In this document: positions 30,679-42,700 of the stretch, in pieces
Numbering within the stretch: the stretch's first letter is position 1
Layout: every line of letters begins with the position of its first letter
DNA from: an uncultured Eubacteriales bacterium
Lineage (GTDB): Bacteria; Bacillota; Clostridia; TANB77; UBA1234
Assembly (NCBI GenBank): GCA_964400015.1
Contig: CAYNRR010000001.1
Span: 113,275-177,274 of the forward strand
Reading direction: 5' to 3'
DNA: 64,000 bases
Notes under the pieces: generated by a model
Told to the model about the DNA's origin: nothing
Database searches by the model: none
Seen by the model: only the letters and a program-made list of their open reading frames with translations
Made by a program: the position numbers and the translations under genes

Positions 30679-31518
30679 TTAACTAAATATATTGTTAAAC
30701 CCCTGTCCTATCGAAATAAACAAAGGATAAAATGTTATTAGAATAATATTGCCCAACGCGATAATTACTCCCAATGTTATATACAAAACTTTAGCGCGCG
30801 TATCTTCTTTTACTTTTTCTATGTATTTTGTTTTAAGCATTTCCGATAAGTTTTCTAATATATCCACAATATTCTCTACTTTGTTATATTCTTTTAGAGA
30901 ATTGCAAAACATATTTAATTCCAATATATCGAACTTGTCCTTTAATTTTTCTATTGATTTTTCAATATTCAATTCGGAAAAAGCGTACTGCGTTGAAAAC
31001 TCTAACATTGCTTTTCTAAAATCTTCATTCTTGCAATTTCGATATTGATATTTTATAGAATCTTTAAGTGAAATTTCTGCCGACATTTGCAGAATTATCG
31101 AATCTACCACTTTTAATAAATCTACACAAATTTCATTATTACGATTTTTCTTGTGCAAAAAAATATATACGTCTACACAAAAATATCCTAACAAACTCAG
31201 AAGTATGCTAGCCATTACGGAACCGTAGTTAATTGTTCCTGCAATTAGAAATAAACCTACTAAAAAAATTTTTAATGAATAATATGAAATTGCATTTAAT
31301 TTCAGTGGATAACCTTGTTTAGATAAATAATTTTCTTTGGAATTTATAAAATTGATTTTTGAAAAAAAGTTTTTTAAAGAATTTTCTTTGGTTTGAACTT
31401 TAATGTTGTTTCGTTTTTTATAATTATTGGATTCAATAGAAATATTTATTTGATAAATAACAATGTATACTATCACAAAAAGCGAAACAAACAGAAGTAC
31501 ATCAATCAAAAGCTTCAC
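30679..31518 (-). CDS. TadB/TadC-like type II secretion system F-domain membrane protein
   Basis: Topology TM, cytoplasmic helical domain, two TMs, matching T2SSF. Located adjacent to the pilin gene. Confidence 0.45.
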   Translation of the reverse strand: MKLLIDVLLFVSLFVIVYIVIYQINISIESNNYKKRNNIKVQTKENSLKNFFSKINFINSKENYLSKQGYPLKLNAISYYSLKIFLVGLFLIAGTINYGSVMASILLSLLGYFCVDVYIFLHKKNRNNEICVDLLKVVDSIILQMSAEISLKDSIKYQYRNCKNEDFRKAMLEFSTQYAFSELNIEKSIEKLKDKFDILELNMFCNSLKEYNKVENIVDILENLSEMLKTKYIEKVKEDTRAKVLYITLGVIIALGNIILITFYPLFISIGQGFNNIFS

Positions 31519-31632
31519 TTCCCAACAGTTTCTTTTTAGAAAATAAAATCATAGATTTAAATTTATGACCCCATAATAAACCCCTGTCTAAAGTTTGTCA
31601 AACACTTTCACTCGACAAAAGTCGACAAATTA

Positions 31633-32176
31633 TCAGCTCAATACCTGCAGTTGCCATATCCAAGTTGCTATCAAAAAAGCTATCAGATCGCAAAATAATC
31701 CAACAAACAATGTGAACTTTTCTTTTGAAATTCCCACAGCAGATGTATATATCGCAAGTACATATAAAGTTGTATCGCTTGCGCCCATTATGGTTGAGGC
31801 CACTTTGCCTATAAAAGAATCAGGTCCATTGTCATTAAAAATATCTGTTAAAAATCCTAAAGCTCCACCACCAGAAATACTTCTCATAAGTCCTATTGGT
31901 ATTACTTCTGCTGGTATTTTAATCATTGAAAATATTGGCGTTAGTATCTTTACAAGGAAATTCATTCCACCGTGAAACCTTAAATAAATTTATCATTAAA
32001 AGAATTGCCAACATGCTTGGAAAAATATTTAGTATTACTGAAAAGCTTTCTTTTACCCCCTCGATAAAAGTATCATAAACTGAAATCTTAGTTTTGGCAC
32101 TCATACCAATTACAAAAACTATTAGTATCGGAATTAGTAAATACGAAATGTACTCAACAAAATTTATCATTTTCAT
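31633..32176 (-). pseudogene. spmB: Spore maturation protein B with a 1-nt frameshift (or sequencing error)
   Basis: Two overlapping minus-strand ORFs (32176..31919 and 31965..31633) cover the N- and C-terminal halves of SpmB. Deleting one base in ..AAGGTTTCA-C-GGTGGAATG.. (about 31958-31965) restores ..LFKVSGGMNFLVKILTP.., which matches SpmB. Confidence 0.65.
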
Positions 32177-32214
32177 TTTTCACTCCTTTAGTAAAATTCC
32201 ATATCCTGTCAAAA

Positions 32215-32240
32215 AATGAACATTTAACGGACGTCCCCGG
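32215..32240 (-). repeat. Copy 3 of the 26-nt motif (variant ACATTTAACGGACGTCCCCGGTGT) overlapping the spmA stop
   Basis: 24 of 26 positions identical to copies 1 and 2 (TA to CG). Here spmA reads through CACACCGGGGACGTCCGTTAA and stops at the TAA inside the motif. A tandem GTGTGTCGCT(T/G)CGG repeat follows. Confidence 0.75.
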
Positions 32241-32826
32241 TGTGTCGCTTCGGTGTGTCGCTGCGGCTGCTGCCCGATGCTAAGAGGAGGCCGACGGTGG
32301 TGGCTGTGAGGCTGGCTATTAGGATTGGGAGGACGACTTCTGTGGGGTTTTGGGAGTTGTAGGATGTTCTTAGGCCGATTATTGTTGTGGGGATTAGCTG
32401 AATTGATGACATGTTTAAGATTAGCAGGGTTCGCATTGATTTACTTAGTTTTTCTTTGTTTGGGTTTTCTTTTTGGAGTTCTTTCATTGCTTGTATTCCT
32501 AGTGGTGTGGCTATGTTGCCTAATCCTATTATGTTGGCTGTGATGTTTAGGGCTATGCTTTTTATTGCTGGGCTGTTCTTTTTTAGTTCGGGAAATAGGA
32601 GTTTTATTATTGGATATGATAGTACTTGTAGTTTTGCCATTACTCCTGATTTTTCTGCTATTTTCATTATTCCTGACCATACTGCTATTGTTCCAAATAT
32701 TTTGATGCATGTTGTGATTGCAAGTTCTGATGATTCTAGTATTGTTGTTGTTAGTTCTGCTGCCTTGCCGTTTAGTATTCCTATAAGCAATGATATTAGT
32801 ATTAAATTCCCCCAAATTATATTCAT
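32224..32826 (-). CDS. spmA: Spore maturation protein A (nucleoside-recognition-domain membrane protein)
   Basis: MNIIWGNLILISLLIGILNGKA...NITANIIGLGNIATPLGIQAMKELQKENP matches the SpmA family. Confidence 0.75.
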   Translation of the reverse strand: MNIIWGNLILISLLIGILNGKAAELTTTILESSELAITTCIKIFGTIAVWSGIMKIAEKSGVMAKLQVLSYPIIKLLFPELKKNSPAIKSIALNITANIIGLGNIATPLGIQAMKELQKENPNKEKLSKSMRTLLILNMSSIQLIPTTIIGLRTSYNSQNPTEVVLPILIASLTATTVGLLLASGSSRSDTPKRHTGDVR

Positions 32827-33197
32827 TTTTTCACCTATTTTTACCTTTCTTTGATTTTTCTTGATGTCCTTTAACCCTTGGGAATACTTAATTTTATTCG
32901 GCTTTTTGTGATTTTATTCCTCTTTAAAAATGTTACTTATAGTCTACATTTTTTAAAATCATTTTTCAGCTTATTACTTAATCATTTTTCAAATTATTTT
33001 TTATCACTTTTCCCGTTCGGCTCCCTTTTTAAAGCGAACATAAAGTGTACATAATTTGAACGCATTATCGAACATTTTTTGACTTTATATGGCTTTTTTA
33101 CAATTTTTCGAAAAAAATTTTATTCCTGCAAAGCCTACGCGTTAGGCTGTTTTACATAATTTTCTTACATATCTTTCCATAATTTTACTTAATTATC

Positions 33198-33226
33198 TTG
33201 ACATTTTTTGTAAATGATGATATATT
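33198..33226 (+). promoter_or_regulatory. Sigma-A promoter for abrB
   Basis: TTGACA, 17-nt spacer, TATATT. An AAGGAGG RBS lies 11 nt before the ATG. Confidence 0.5.
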
Positions 33227-33283
33227 TATGTTGCCTTGAAAAAGTAAGGATATATTTAGAAATTTTGTAAGGAGGTATTTAGC

Positions 33284-33526
33284 ATGAAATCAACTGGCAT
33301 AGTTAGAAAAGTAGATGAGCTAGGAAGAATCGTGTTACCAATCGAATTAAGAAGAACTTTAGGTATTGATATTAAAGATTCTATCGAAATTTACGTTGAT
33401 AATTCTACAATCGTATTAAAAAAATATGAACCTACTTGCATTTTCTGTGGCGAATCTGAAAATGTAGTAACTCATAAGGATAAAAATGTTTGCAAAAAAT
33501 GTTTAGAAGAAATTAAAAGTTTATAA
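33284..33526 (+). CDS. abrB: AbrB-family transition-state regulator (clostridial type with a C-terminal Cys cluster)
   Basis: MKSTGIVRKVDELGRIVLPIELRRTLGI (SpoVT/AbrB swapped-hairpin) plus C-terminal CIFCG...CKKC. Confidence 0.85.
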   Translation: MKSTGIVRKVDELGRIVLPIELRRTLGIDIKDSIEIYVDNSTIVLKKYEPTCIFCGESENVVTHKDKNVCKKCLEEIKSL

Positions 33527-33605
33527 TTTGTATATACAATAGAAAAAGGATCCATTCACTTTGTGGGAGACATTGTGGATGGGTTTTAATTTTTATTTTT
33601 ATTTT

Positions 33606-33658
33606 TTAAAAAAGTACCAACGGAAAATAATTTCCATTGGTACTTTTGTTTTTTTTAC
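33606..33658. terminator. Bidirectional rho-independent terminator between the convergent abrB and giant gene 2
   Basis: AAAAAAGTACCAACGGAAA-taa-TTTCCATTGGTACTTTTGTTTTTTTT; a long near-perfect stem flanked by A- and T-runs. Confidence 0.65.
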
Positions 33659-33708
33659 TTTTTATTTTACTTGAGTTTTTATTTTACTTCATCTTTACTA
33701 TGTACTTT

Positions 33709-36700
33709 TTAGTTTATTGTGTATACTGCAGTGTTTCCACATTTGTCTATTGTTTCTAGTTTAGTTCCACTTACAAGTTCTATATCGTATTTTGCTTTTA
33801 AGTCTGATTTTGTTATGCTTCCGTTGCTTAGTTTTATTGTTTTACCATCTATCTTGATTACGTTCATTGAGTGATTGTCTGCATCTGTTACAGTAACTGT
33901 TGTGCTACTAACTGTTATAACTGGTTTGTTTAATTCAACTACTACATCTGTTTCTAATTCTAGTTTTGCAGTTGCTATCTTATTTCCTGCTTTATCTACT
34001 TCTACAGTATCTCTAAAGCATAGATATACGATACCTTCTCCAGCTATATTTTGAGCTGTTACGTAATAGTATCTACCACTCATTGCTTGTGAACCTTCTT
34101 GAATTGGTCCGTATACTACTGGTGTTTTTGCTAGGACAATGCCTTCACCGTAGTCACCTGTGTATGTTTCTGCTCCTGTAGTATCTTTTACTTTGATGTA
34201 TAAGTCGTCTGCTGTTAATTCTTTTCCATAGTTATAGTTTGCATCTTTTGATAAGAATTTGAATGAAGTACTATTCTCACCATTGTTACCTATATACTGT
34301 GCAAGTAATTTTGTTGTTGCTGTTGATGTTTTACTTATTCTATTTGCTTTGTCTTTAACCCATACGTATATTGTCTTTTCTCCATCACCTATTGGTAATG
34401 TCCAAATTACGTCTTCTGTATATGGTACCCATTCTTCTGAATCTAATACTTGATTATTTGTTAATAGTTTGTTACTTATTAAGATTTCTTTTACGCCTGT
34501 ATCATCTTCGGCATCTACTTTTATCATTACAACTGAACTGTTTGCAAAGCCTCTGTCGTTGTCTACTATTTCTAGTGATTTGATTACTGGTGCTGATGCA
34601 TCAACGTCTGTAATGTCTATCACTGAATTGTATTTTCCGATATTACCTGCATCGTCAATTGCGTATAAATAATATTTACCGTTTGATGTTACTGAAATGT
34701 CTAACTCAACTTTTGTCATTATTTTGTTTAGTTCTTTCCATTTTGTTGGTTCTACTTCGTATTTGCTTAATAAGTATCCTCTTACACCTGACGCATTATC
34801 TTTTACTGTAACAGTTAATGTTACTTCTTTTTGATTTGCCATCGCTGTGTATGATAAATTCTCAAATGTTGGTGATTCTTTATCAATGTTAGTTATTGTA
34901 ATACTTTCCTCTGCTGTGTTTCCTGCGAAGTCTATTGCTTTGAATGTATATGTTCCATTTTGTTCAACTTCTACTGTTATCATGTTGTTTACAAGTGTTA
35001 CTTCTGTTTCACCGTAGTATGCGTTTTGAACACCTGATTCTTCATCTATAAACTTAGCTTGAATTGTAACTTTATCGTTTGTCCAATCTGGAGTTAAGTT
35101 TTTCAATTCAATTATTGGTTTTGATACATCGAAGTCTAGGTATGCTTTTTCACGATCTCCTACTAGTTTTTTAATTAGTGCGTATCCTGGAACAACTTTC
35201 ACTTCATTTGTGTAAAGTGATCTGTATGCTTCACCTTCGATAACACCATCGTAGAATTCTAGTTTTCCTCCTACGTTTCTTAAACCATCTTTTGTACTAT
35301 AAATTATTGGTGATTCTTTACTTATTGATTCGTCATTTTTACCTGATACATAAGTTCCTTTTTCGATATATACACCTGTTGTTGTTCCTTTGTTTCCAGA
35401 TAATAATCTTGAAGTGATTTGACCACCTGTTACATTTACATTACCATTAGCTACATACAATGCGTATGTTTTGCCTTCTATTGTTGAAGATGTAATTGTA
35501 CCGTTTTCCATTTTTAATGTGCCTTCGTTATACATACCATAACTTGTGCCCTCTGTGTTTACAGCACTTATAGTTCCACCTGTTATATTTACTTCGCCTT
35601 TATTTAATACACCGTATGCTAATCCTGTTTTTAATGTCTGTGCTCTTATTACACCACTGACTAATTTCAATGTGCCTTCATTTTCTATTGCACATGCATC
35701 TAATCCTGTACTAATAGTACTTAGTTCACCTGCACCAGAGTCAATAACGGTTAATGTACCATTGTTCTTAATCAATCTTGTGTCTTCTGATTGGTCACAG
35801 TTTAAGCTAACTTTCTTACCATTTATATCAAGTGTTACTAACGTGTTAGCTTTAAATGTTGCAACTTTCATTGCATCTTCATTTAATAGCATTGTTAATT
35901 TTCCTGTGCTTGTAATATATTCTGTTGCATCACTTAATCTTGGGAAGTATTTATTTTCTTCAAAGTCGCTTTCTAAAAGCACTCCACTTCTTGCATATAT
36001 GTTGCCATCTATTGTCTTTGGACCTTTAAATTCACTCTTATTATCAAGTTCATCGTATAGTTCACCATCGAATGATACACATTCTAATTGACCTAAATCA
36101 TCTTTAGTAATTGTATATGTGTATTTGATGTTTCTGCCATCTACTCCATTTGGTTGAAGTTTTATAACAGAGCCACTACCAAATTCTATTGATAATTCTG
36201 GTATTGTTCCTTTTATAGTCAAGAAGTTTTCTGACATTATAGCTGTAATTTCTAATACTGTACCTGCTGAATATGTACCATTTTCACGGTTTGTAACTTT
36301 CAAACTCATTAGTCTTGGTCCGATTTCATCTATCATGATGAAGTCTACATTTATGTCTGGATAGTATTTTGCATACTCTTCCATTGCATTACAGCCTTCA
36401 TAATAATATACTTTAGCATTTTCAGGGAAATTGCTTCCCATTTTTTCAAATACATTTCTAACATTTTCTTCATCAGCTAAAATATTAGCTATCGTTCTAT
36501 ATACTTTCAATGTTTGTAGGTTTTTCAAATTAGCAAATGCATGATGATCAAGTGTTTTTAATTCTGTACATAATATCATTTCGATTTCTGTAATCATATT
36601 ACAATTGCTAAATGCATATGAACCAATATAAGTTACATCTTTAGACATTTCGATACCACTTAGTTTTGAACAGTTTTCAAACACATAACTTTCTATTCTA

Positions 36701-39700
36701 GTTCCACCAATCTCACCATTTATTTTCTCTAGTGTATTGTTGTTATTGAATGCTCCTTCTAATAATGTTGGATTTGATGTTGTAGTAATTGTTACAATAT
36801 TTGAATTGTTTGCAAATGCGTATTCACCAATTGTTTTTACGTTTTCATCTATTGTGTATGTTATGTTTTGATCTCTGTTTGAATGTACATATAAGATGCT
36901 CTTATCCATTGAATATAATGTATAACCATCGTAAATAAATGTTTCTGTTCCGTTTGGGAAAGTTATTTCATAGAAGTTATTTGTTTTTGCAAATGTTGAT
37001 GTTTCAACTTTTGTAAGTGATTTTGGTAACGAGATTTCTCCTACATTTGTCATATCAGCAAGTGTATATTTTTGAAGTTCTGTTACGCCCTCACGCACTT
37101 CTATTTTATTTACTTTTTCTAGGTAATCTTTCCATGGAATATCTTCTTTTGCAAAATATCTTACTGCACCTTCACCCTCAAATATAATCGTGTTATCAAA
37201 TGAGATTGAAGCAAATACTTTGTTTGGCACTACACCAACATCCCATATTGCAGCACATATATTTTCTGCTTTTACAGTTTCCATTGCTACATTACCAGCT
37301 TCGTCTTTTACCCATACAAACCATTCACCATTTTGAGTTGCATATACTACATTTGAAGTGCTCCATACATCTGAATCTAAGATTGGTTGTGTATCAGTTT
37401 GAGTTATTGCATATCCTGCAATCTTATGATTATCTGATGCTATAATTTCAAATTTTTCTCTTTGTGCTTGTGCAACATCTAATGTAATAATCTTTTCAAT
37501 TACTGGTGGTGTTGTATCTTGAACTTTTACATTTCTTGAAAGTTCTGTTCTCGCATTACCATTCAATTTCAAAATATAATTTACTGTTTGATTTCCTAGT
37601 TTTGCTGTATTTACATTTGAGTTAATTTCAACAGTAATATTATCTATATCTGGGTATGTTGATGTTGATGCAAATAATACATCTATCGCATATACACCAG
37701 AGTCTATATATTCTGTTCCAGCCTCAATAGTAATATTTTCATCACCATTTAATCTGAAGATTGAATATATTCTATCTGCAATTGCAGTCCAACTAGCAGA
37801 TTCTTTATACATTTCTTTTTCTAACACATAAACTTTTGTATTTTCATTTAATAATGAAACATTATCAATATCGCATACATAGTCTGCACTTGTAAAGATT
37901 ACAAGTTGTTTCAATGCTGAAGTGTTTTCAAAAGCGTTTGCTTTGATACTTCTTGCATTTTCTAGAATTACTGTACTTAGTGAAGTACAATCTGCAAATA
38001 GATATTCAGGAATTGCTTGTATGTTTGAATTCAATTCAAATATTGTAAGTCCTGTATTTCTAAATGCTTCTCTACCAACCATTGTATAATTATCTTTAAT
38101 ACTTAACTTTTGGATGTTTGTAGCATTCATGAATGCACCTTCGCCAATCTTCTTAATTCCGATTGAAGGACATTCTAAAGAAATTGTTCCTTTTCCTGTT
38201 GCATATTGTATTAAAGTACCCGTTGTAGTATCTAATAACAAGCTGTCTTCATGTACTTTAAATTTAGAAGTTACATTTTCATCGTCTAAAACAATCTTAT
38301 CTATTAAGCTTCCTGCAAATGCACCCTCAGCTATATTATCAATACTTGCTAATATAGTTAGTCTTTCTGTGTCTAAAGCATTTCTAAATGCTCTTGTTTC
38401 AATACTCTTTAATAATTGTGAATTATTAAGTGTAGTAATGTGAGCATTTTCAAAAGCTCCTTCTTTGATTACTCTGACATTTTTATTCGTATCAAGAGCT
38501 TTTAATCCTGTATTCTTGAATGCATTTTCTTCAATTGTTAAAACATTGTATTCAATATTTATTGATTCTAATTTTGTACAATTTACGAATGCATTTTTAC
38601 CTACATGAATTATTGTAGTTGGCAATTCTACAGTTGTTGTATTTACATCTACTACTGGATTTTCATCTAAGCTTTCGATTTCAATTACTCTGTACGCTAT
38701 GCCTCCATCTGTTACTATTTCAGGGAATACTACATTTGTTGAACCTGAATATTTAACAATCTTAGCATAGTTCTTGTCAGTATGTTTTACAAAATCAAAT
38801 CCGTTTTCACTAAAGATTGTTGTTCCCCAACTATCTTCAATTACATCTACTGTTTTGTAAAATTCTCCTGCTGGAGTTCCATAGTAATCTAACGAATAAA
38901 CTATTTGTTTTTCGCCAACAGTTGTTACGTCTATATTAGCATTAACTGTTACTGTAACTCCTTCAGTTTCAATTGAATAGTTGCCTTGTACTTCTTCATT
39001 GAATTCATAATATCCTTTTCCAGTTCTATCAACATATTGAACAATAGTATCATTATGTTCAAACGCAAAGTCATTTGCACCTAATATAATTGTGTCTGTT
39101 GCGTATTGCTCACATATGTTTCCACTCGTATCCATTACCCAAACGTAAAGTATTTTTATACCATTTCCACCTGTAAGTGTATATGCTACTTCTTTTTCGC
39201 CTGCGTAATCTGTCCAACGAGGATCACCTGAAGTAATATTTTCAGATAATGTTGTTTCAATAATAATCTTGCTTATTGCTTTATTATCTGTAGCATCAAT
39301 ATTTAATGTTACATTTTCATTATCTGTTGAAACTTCATTATTGTTGATTACGAAGTTTTTAATTACTGGTTTGATATCATCAATTTCAATAAATTCAGTT
39401 TCACTGCCGTATGCTTTTACGTATTCTACCATTGCATCACAAGATGAATAGTAGTAGATTGGTCCACGGGTTCCTGCAAATACTTTTTCTCCGATTTTAT
39501 TTAACGTTTTTGGTATGTATTGATTTGCAAAGTGTGTGCATCCGTTGAATGCGTAACTTTGAATTTCTTTAACATTTGTTAAATCTAATCTTGATATATA
39601 AATACTATTTGCAAATGCTGCTGCACATATCTTTTGAACGTTTGATGGAATTTCATAATCATTTGTATGTTTAGTTGTATGTACATATAATTCTGTCTTA

Positions 39701-42700
39701 TCAGCATTATACAATGTACCATTTTCATATACTAAATGAGTGTTGTTTCCTAATTCAATATTTTCAAAATTGTTTGTGTATGCAAATGCACCATCTATTA
39801 CTTTTTCAAGTGTGTTTGGTAATGTAATCGTCAATACGTTTGGCATATATCCAAGTAGATAATCGCCAATTGATGTTACACCATCTTCTACTGTTATTGT
39901 TGTAACAGTATCTTTATAATCTTCATACCATGGAGTTTCTTTTTCTGCATAATTTTTAGTTTCGCCATTACCTTTAATAATTAAAGTTTTGCCGTCTAAA
40001 GTAATTATTCCATGTACTGAATTATCTTGGTTTTTGCTTACATCCCATTTGCCTGCTGCAACCCAAGTTGATATTACTTGATAACGTGTTGAAATATTTC
40101 CTGCAGCATCTTTTGCGAAGATGTACCATATTTGGTTTGCATCAACTTTTAGTTTTTCAGATGTTTGCCATCTTGAATCATCTACTGATGGAACTGTATT
40201 TTCAGTAGTAATGATATATGCTGTAACAGCTATATTATCTGTTGCTTTTACTACAAATGTTTGATATGGAGATACCCAATCGCTGTCTGTAGTTACACTT
40301 TCAATAACTGGTGCGATATTGTCTTGAATATCAACTATTCTTTCTATTCTATCAACTTCCACGCCGTTGTACTTAGCAATATAAACAATTGTATTTCTAA
40401 GTGACTTGCTTGGATCAACTGTTCCATCTATTACAAGTTCTAATCCTTTTACAGTAGAACTATTAGCAGATGTTTTTAATGTTTCGCCTGCTAGTTTTAC
40501 ACCATCTTCAACATATTCATTGTTTATTGTCCATACAATTTCTTGATTTCCAATTAGTTCAAGAATAGGTTGAATTTTTTCTGTACAATTTTCATATTGA
40601 CTATATATGCTATCTGATTCATATATAACTTCCATACTTGTTGGTACATAAATTGTTGTGCTATCTGGAATTGAAGTTTTATCTGCTATTGTTACAATAC
40701 CCGTATTGTTTGTAAATACAGCAGTCTTCAATGATGTACAATTTTCAAATGCACTAATAGAGATTGATGGCTTACCTTCTATAACAACTGATTTTAATGT
40801 TGTTATTCCTTTGAATGCCTCAGCCTTTATTGATGTGATTTTTGAATGTATTGAAACATCAGTTAATTTAGAGTTTTCAAATGCACCTTTAGAAATATTA
40901 TTTAAGTTTCTATTAAATGCAAAACTTGTTACTCCTGAATTTAAGAATGCATATTCTCCAATGTTTGTTAATAGTTCTGAATAATTTACTTTTTCAAGAT
41001 TTGTAGCACCTTCAAAAGCATATTCGTTTACTGTATTTGCACTGCTTGAAACATTTACAATTTTTAGTTTTTCAGCATCTTTGAATGCTTTTCTACCTAT
41101 AGTTGTTACACCTTGTGGAATATCGTATTCCTCAAAATCACTAGCTATTGGATACAATACTAACATTTCTTCATCATTTGTTAATAAAGAAATTCCGTCA
41201 TCATCAATTATGAATTTGTTGTTGCCTTCTTCAACTGTAATATCATAAATCTTTGTTGACTCGAATGTATCTAATCCTAAAGCATCTAATGACGCTGGTA
41301 ATTTTAATACAAAGTTTTCTGGCACTCTAACATTTGCGAATGCGTTATCGCCCAAGTATTTTACCATGCTACCAAAATCTATATCACTTATTCTAGCATT
41401 TTTAAATGCTTCTGCTTTAATCTCTCTAAAGTTTGAACCTAATTTAACAAATATTCCGTTCATTAAACCTGCACTTGCGAAAGCATTTTCGTCAATGCTC
41501 ATTACTGCATCCGGTATATCAACATTTTCTAATTCATTAAACTCGGCAAATGCTCTGTTACCTATGTTTATAAGTGTATCTGGTAACTCTACAGTTTCGA
41601 CGATTCTATTAGCTCCTATGCTTTCAACATCAATTACTTTGTATTCAGTTCCATCTAGAGTAACACTAGCTGGTATTCTTAATACTCTTGTAAATTCGCC
41701 TGTATAGCCTGTAATCTTTGCATATTTTCCATTTGTATGAATTACATATGTAAATTCATCTTGAGTAGTACCTTTAGCTCCTGTCCATGAATTTTCGATT
41801 ACGTTTACTGTTCTTGTTAAAGTTTGCATCTCTATGTCGTTAAGCATAACACTATACTTAATTTCATATTCGCCTGAAACTTTATGATTTACGCTACCTG
41901 TTACATTTACAGTAACGTTGCTCTTACTTGTGTATCCACCTTGTACTGATTCAATGTATTTATAATAATCTTTACCAGTTGTGTCTACGTATTGAACTAT
42001 TTCTGCTTGGTTTAACAATTTAACTTCTATATCACCATAGAAAATCGAATCGTTTACAGATGATGAAATGTTTCCACTTGAATCTTTAACCCATACGTAT
42101 ACTGTCTTTGTACCAGTACCACTTGATACTGTATATGGATATTCAGTACCGTTGTAGCTTATCCATTCGCTATTTGCTTTGTTTCTTATTTCTTCATCCG
42201 TATAATATTGTTCAGAAATAAATACGTTTGAAACTTTAACATCATCTTTTGCGATAATTGTTAATGTTACATCTTGACTTATTGTAGAAATATCATCGTT
42301 GTTTATTACAAAAGACTCAATTACAGGTTTAACATCGTCTATTGCAATAAAGTTAGCTTCTTCTGAATTTGCTAAAGCATATTCTTTCATAGTTTCGCAT
42401 GATGTGTAGTAATATACATCAGCTTTGAAACCTTCAAAAGCATCTTCGCCAACACTTGTTATATTCTTGTTTGTTCTAATTTCTACAAGTGTTCCATTTT
42501 CGTAGAATAATCCTGTTACAAGTGTTTTAACTGTATCTGGTATTGTAAAGTCTATCTCTGTATTCTTTTTACTATAAGAATATAATGTTGTTTTGCTTAT
42601 GTCGTATATACTCAACTCGTCTATTGTGAAATGTGTATTACCAGAAATGTTTATTGAAGAATAATTATTTGTTCTATACAATGCTGATTCTGCAATTTCT

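Noticed and set aside
32325-32854. Plus-strand ORFs (72, 147 aa) and a minus-frame ORF (124 aa, highly basic and Asn-rich) overlapping spmA
   Set aside because: They lie in alternative frames or antisense to the well-supported SpmA ORF. Their composition is low-complexity and consistent with frame artefacts.
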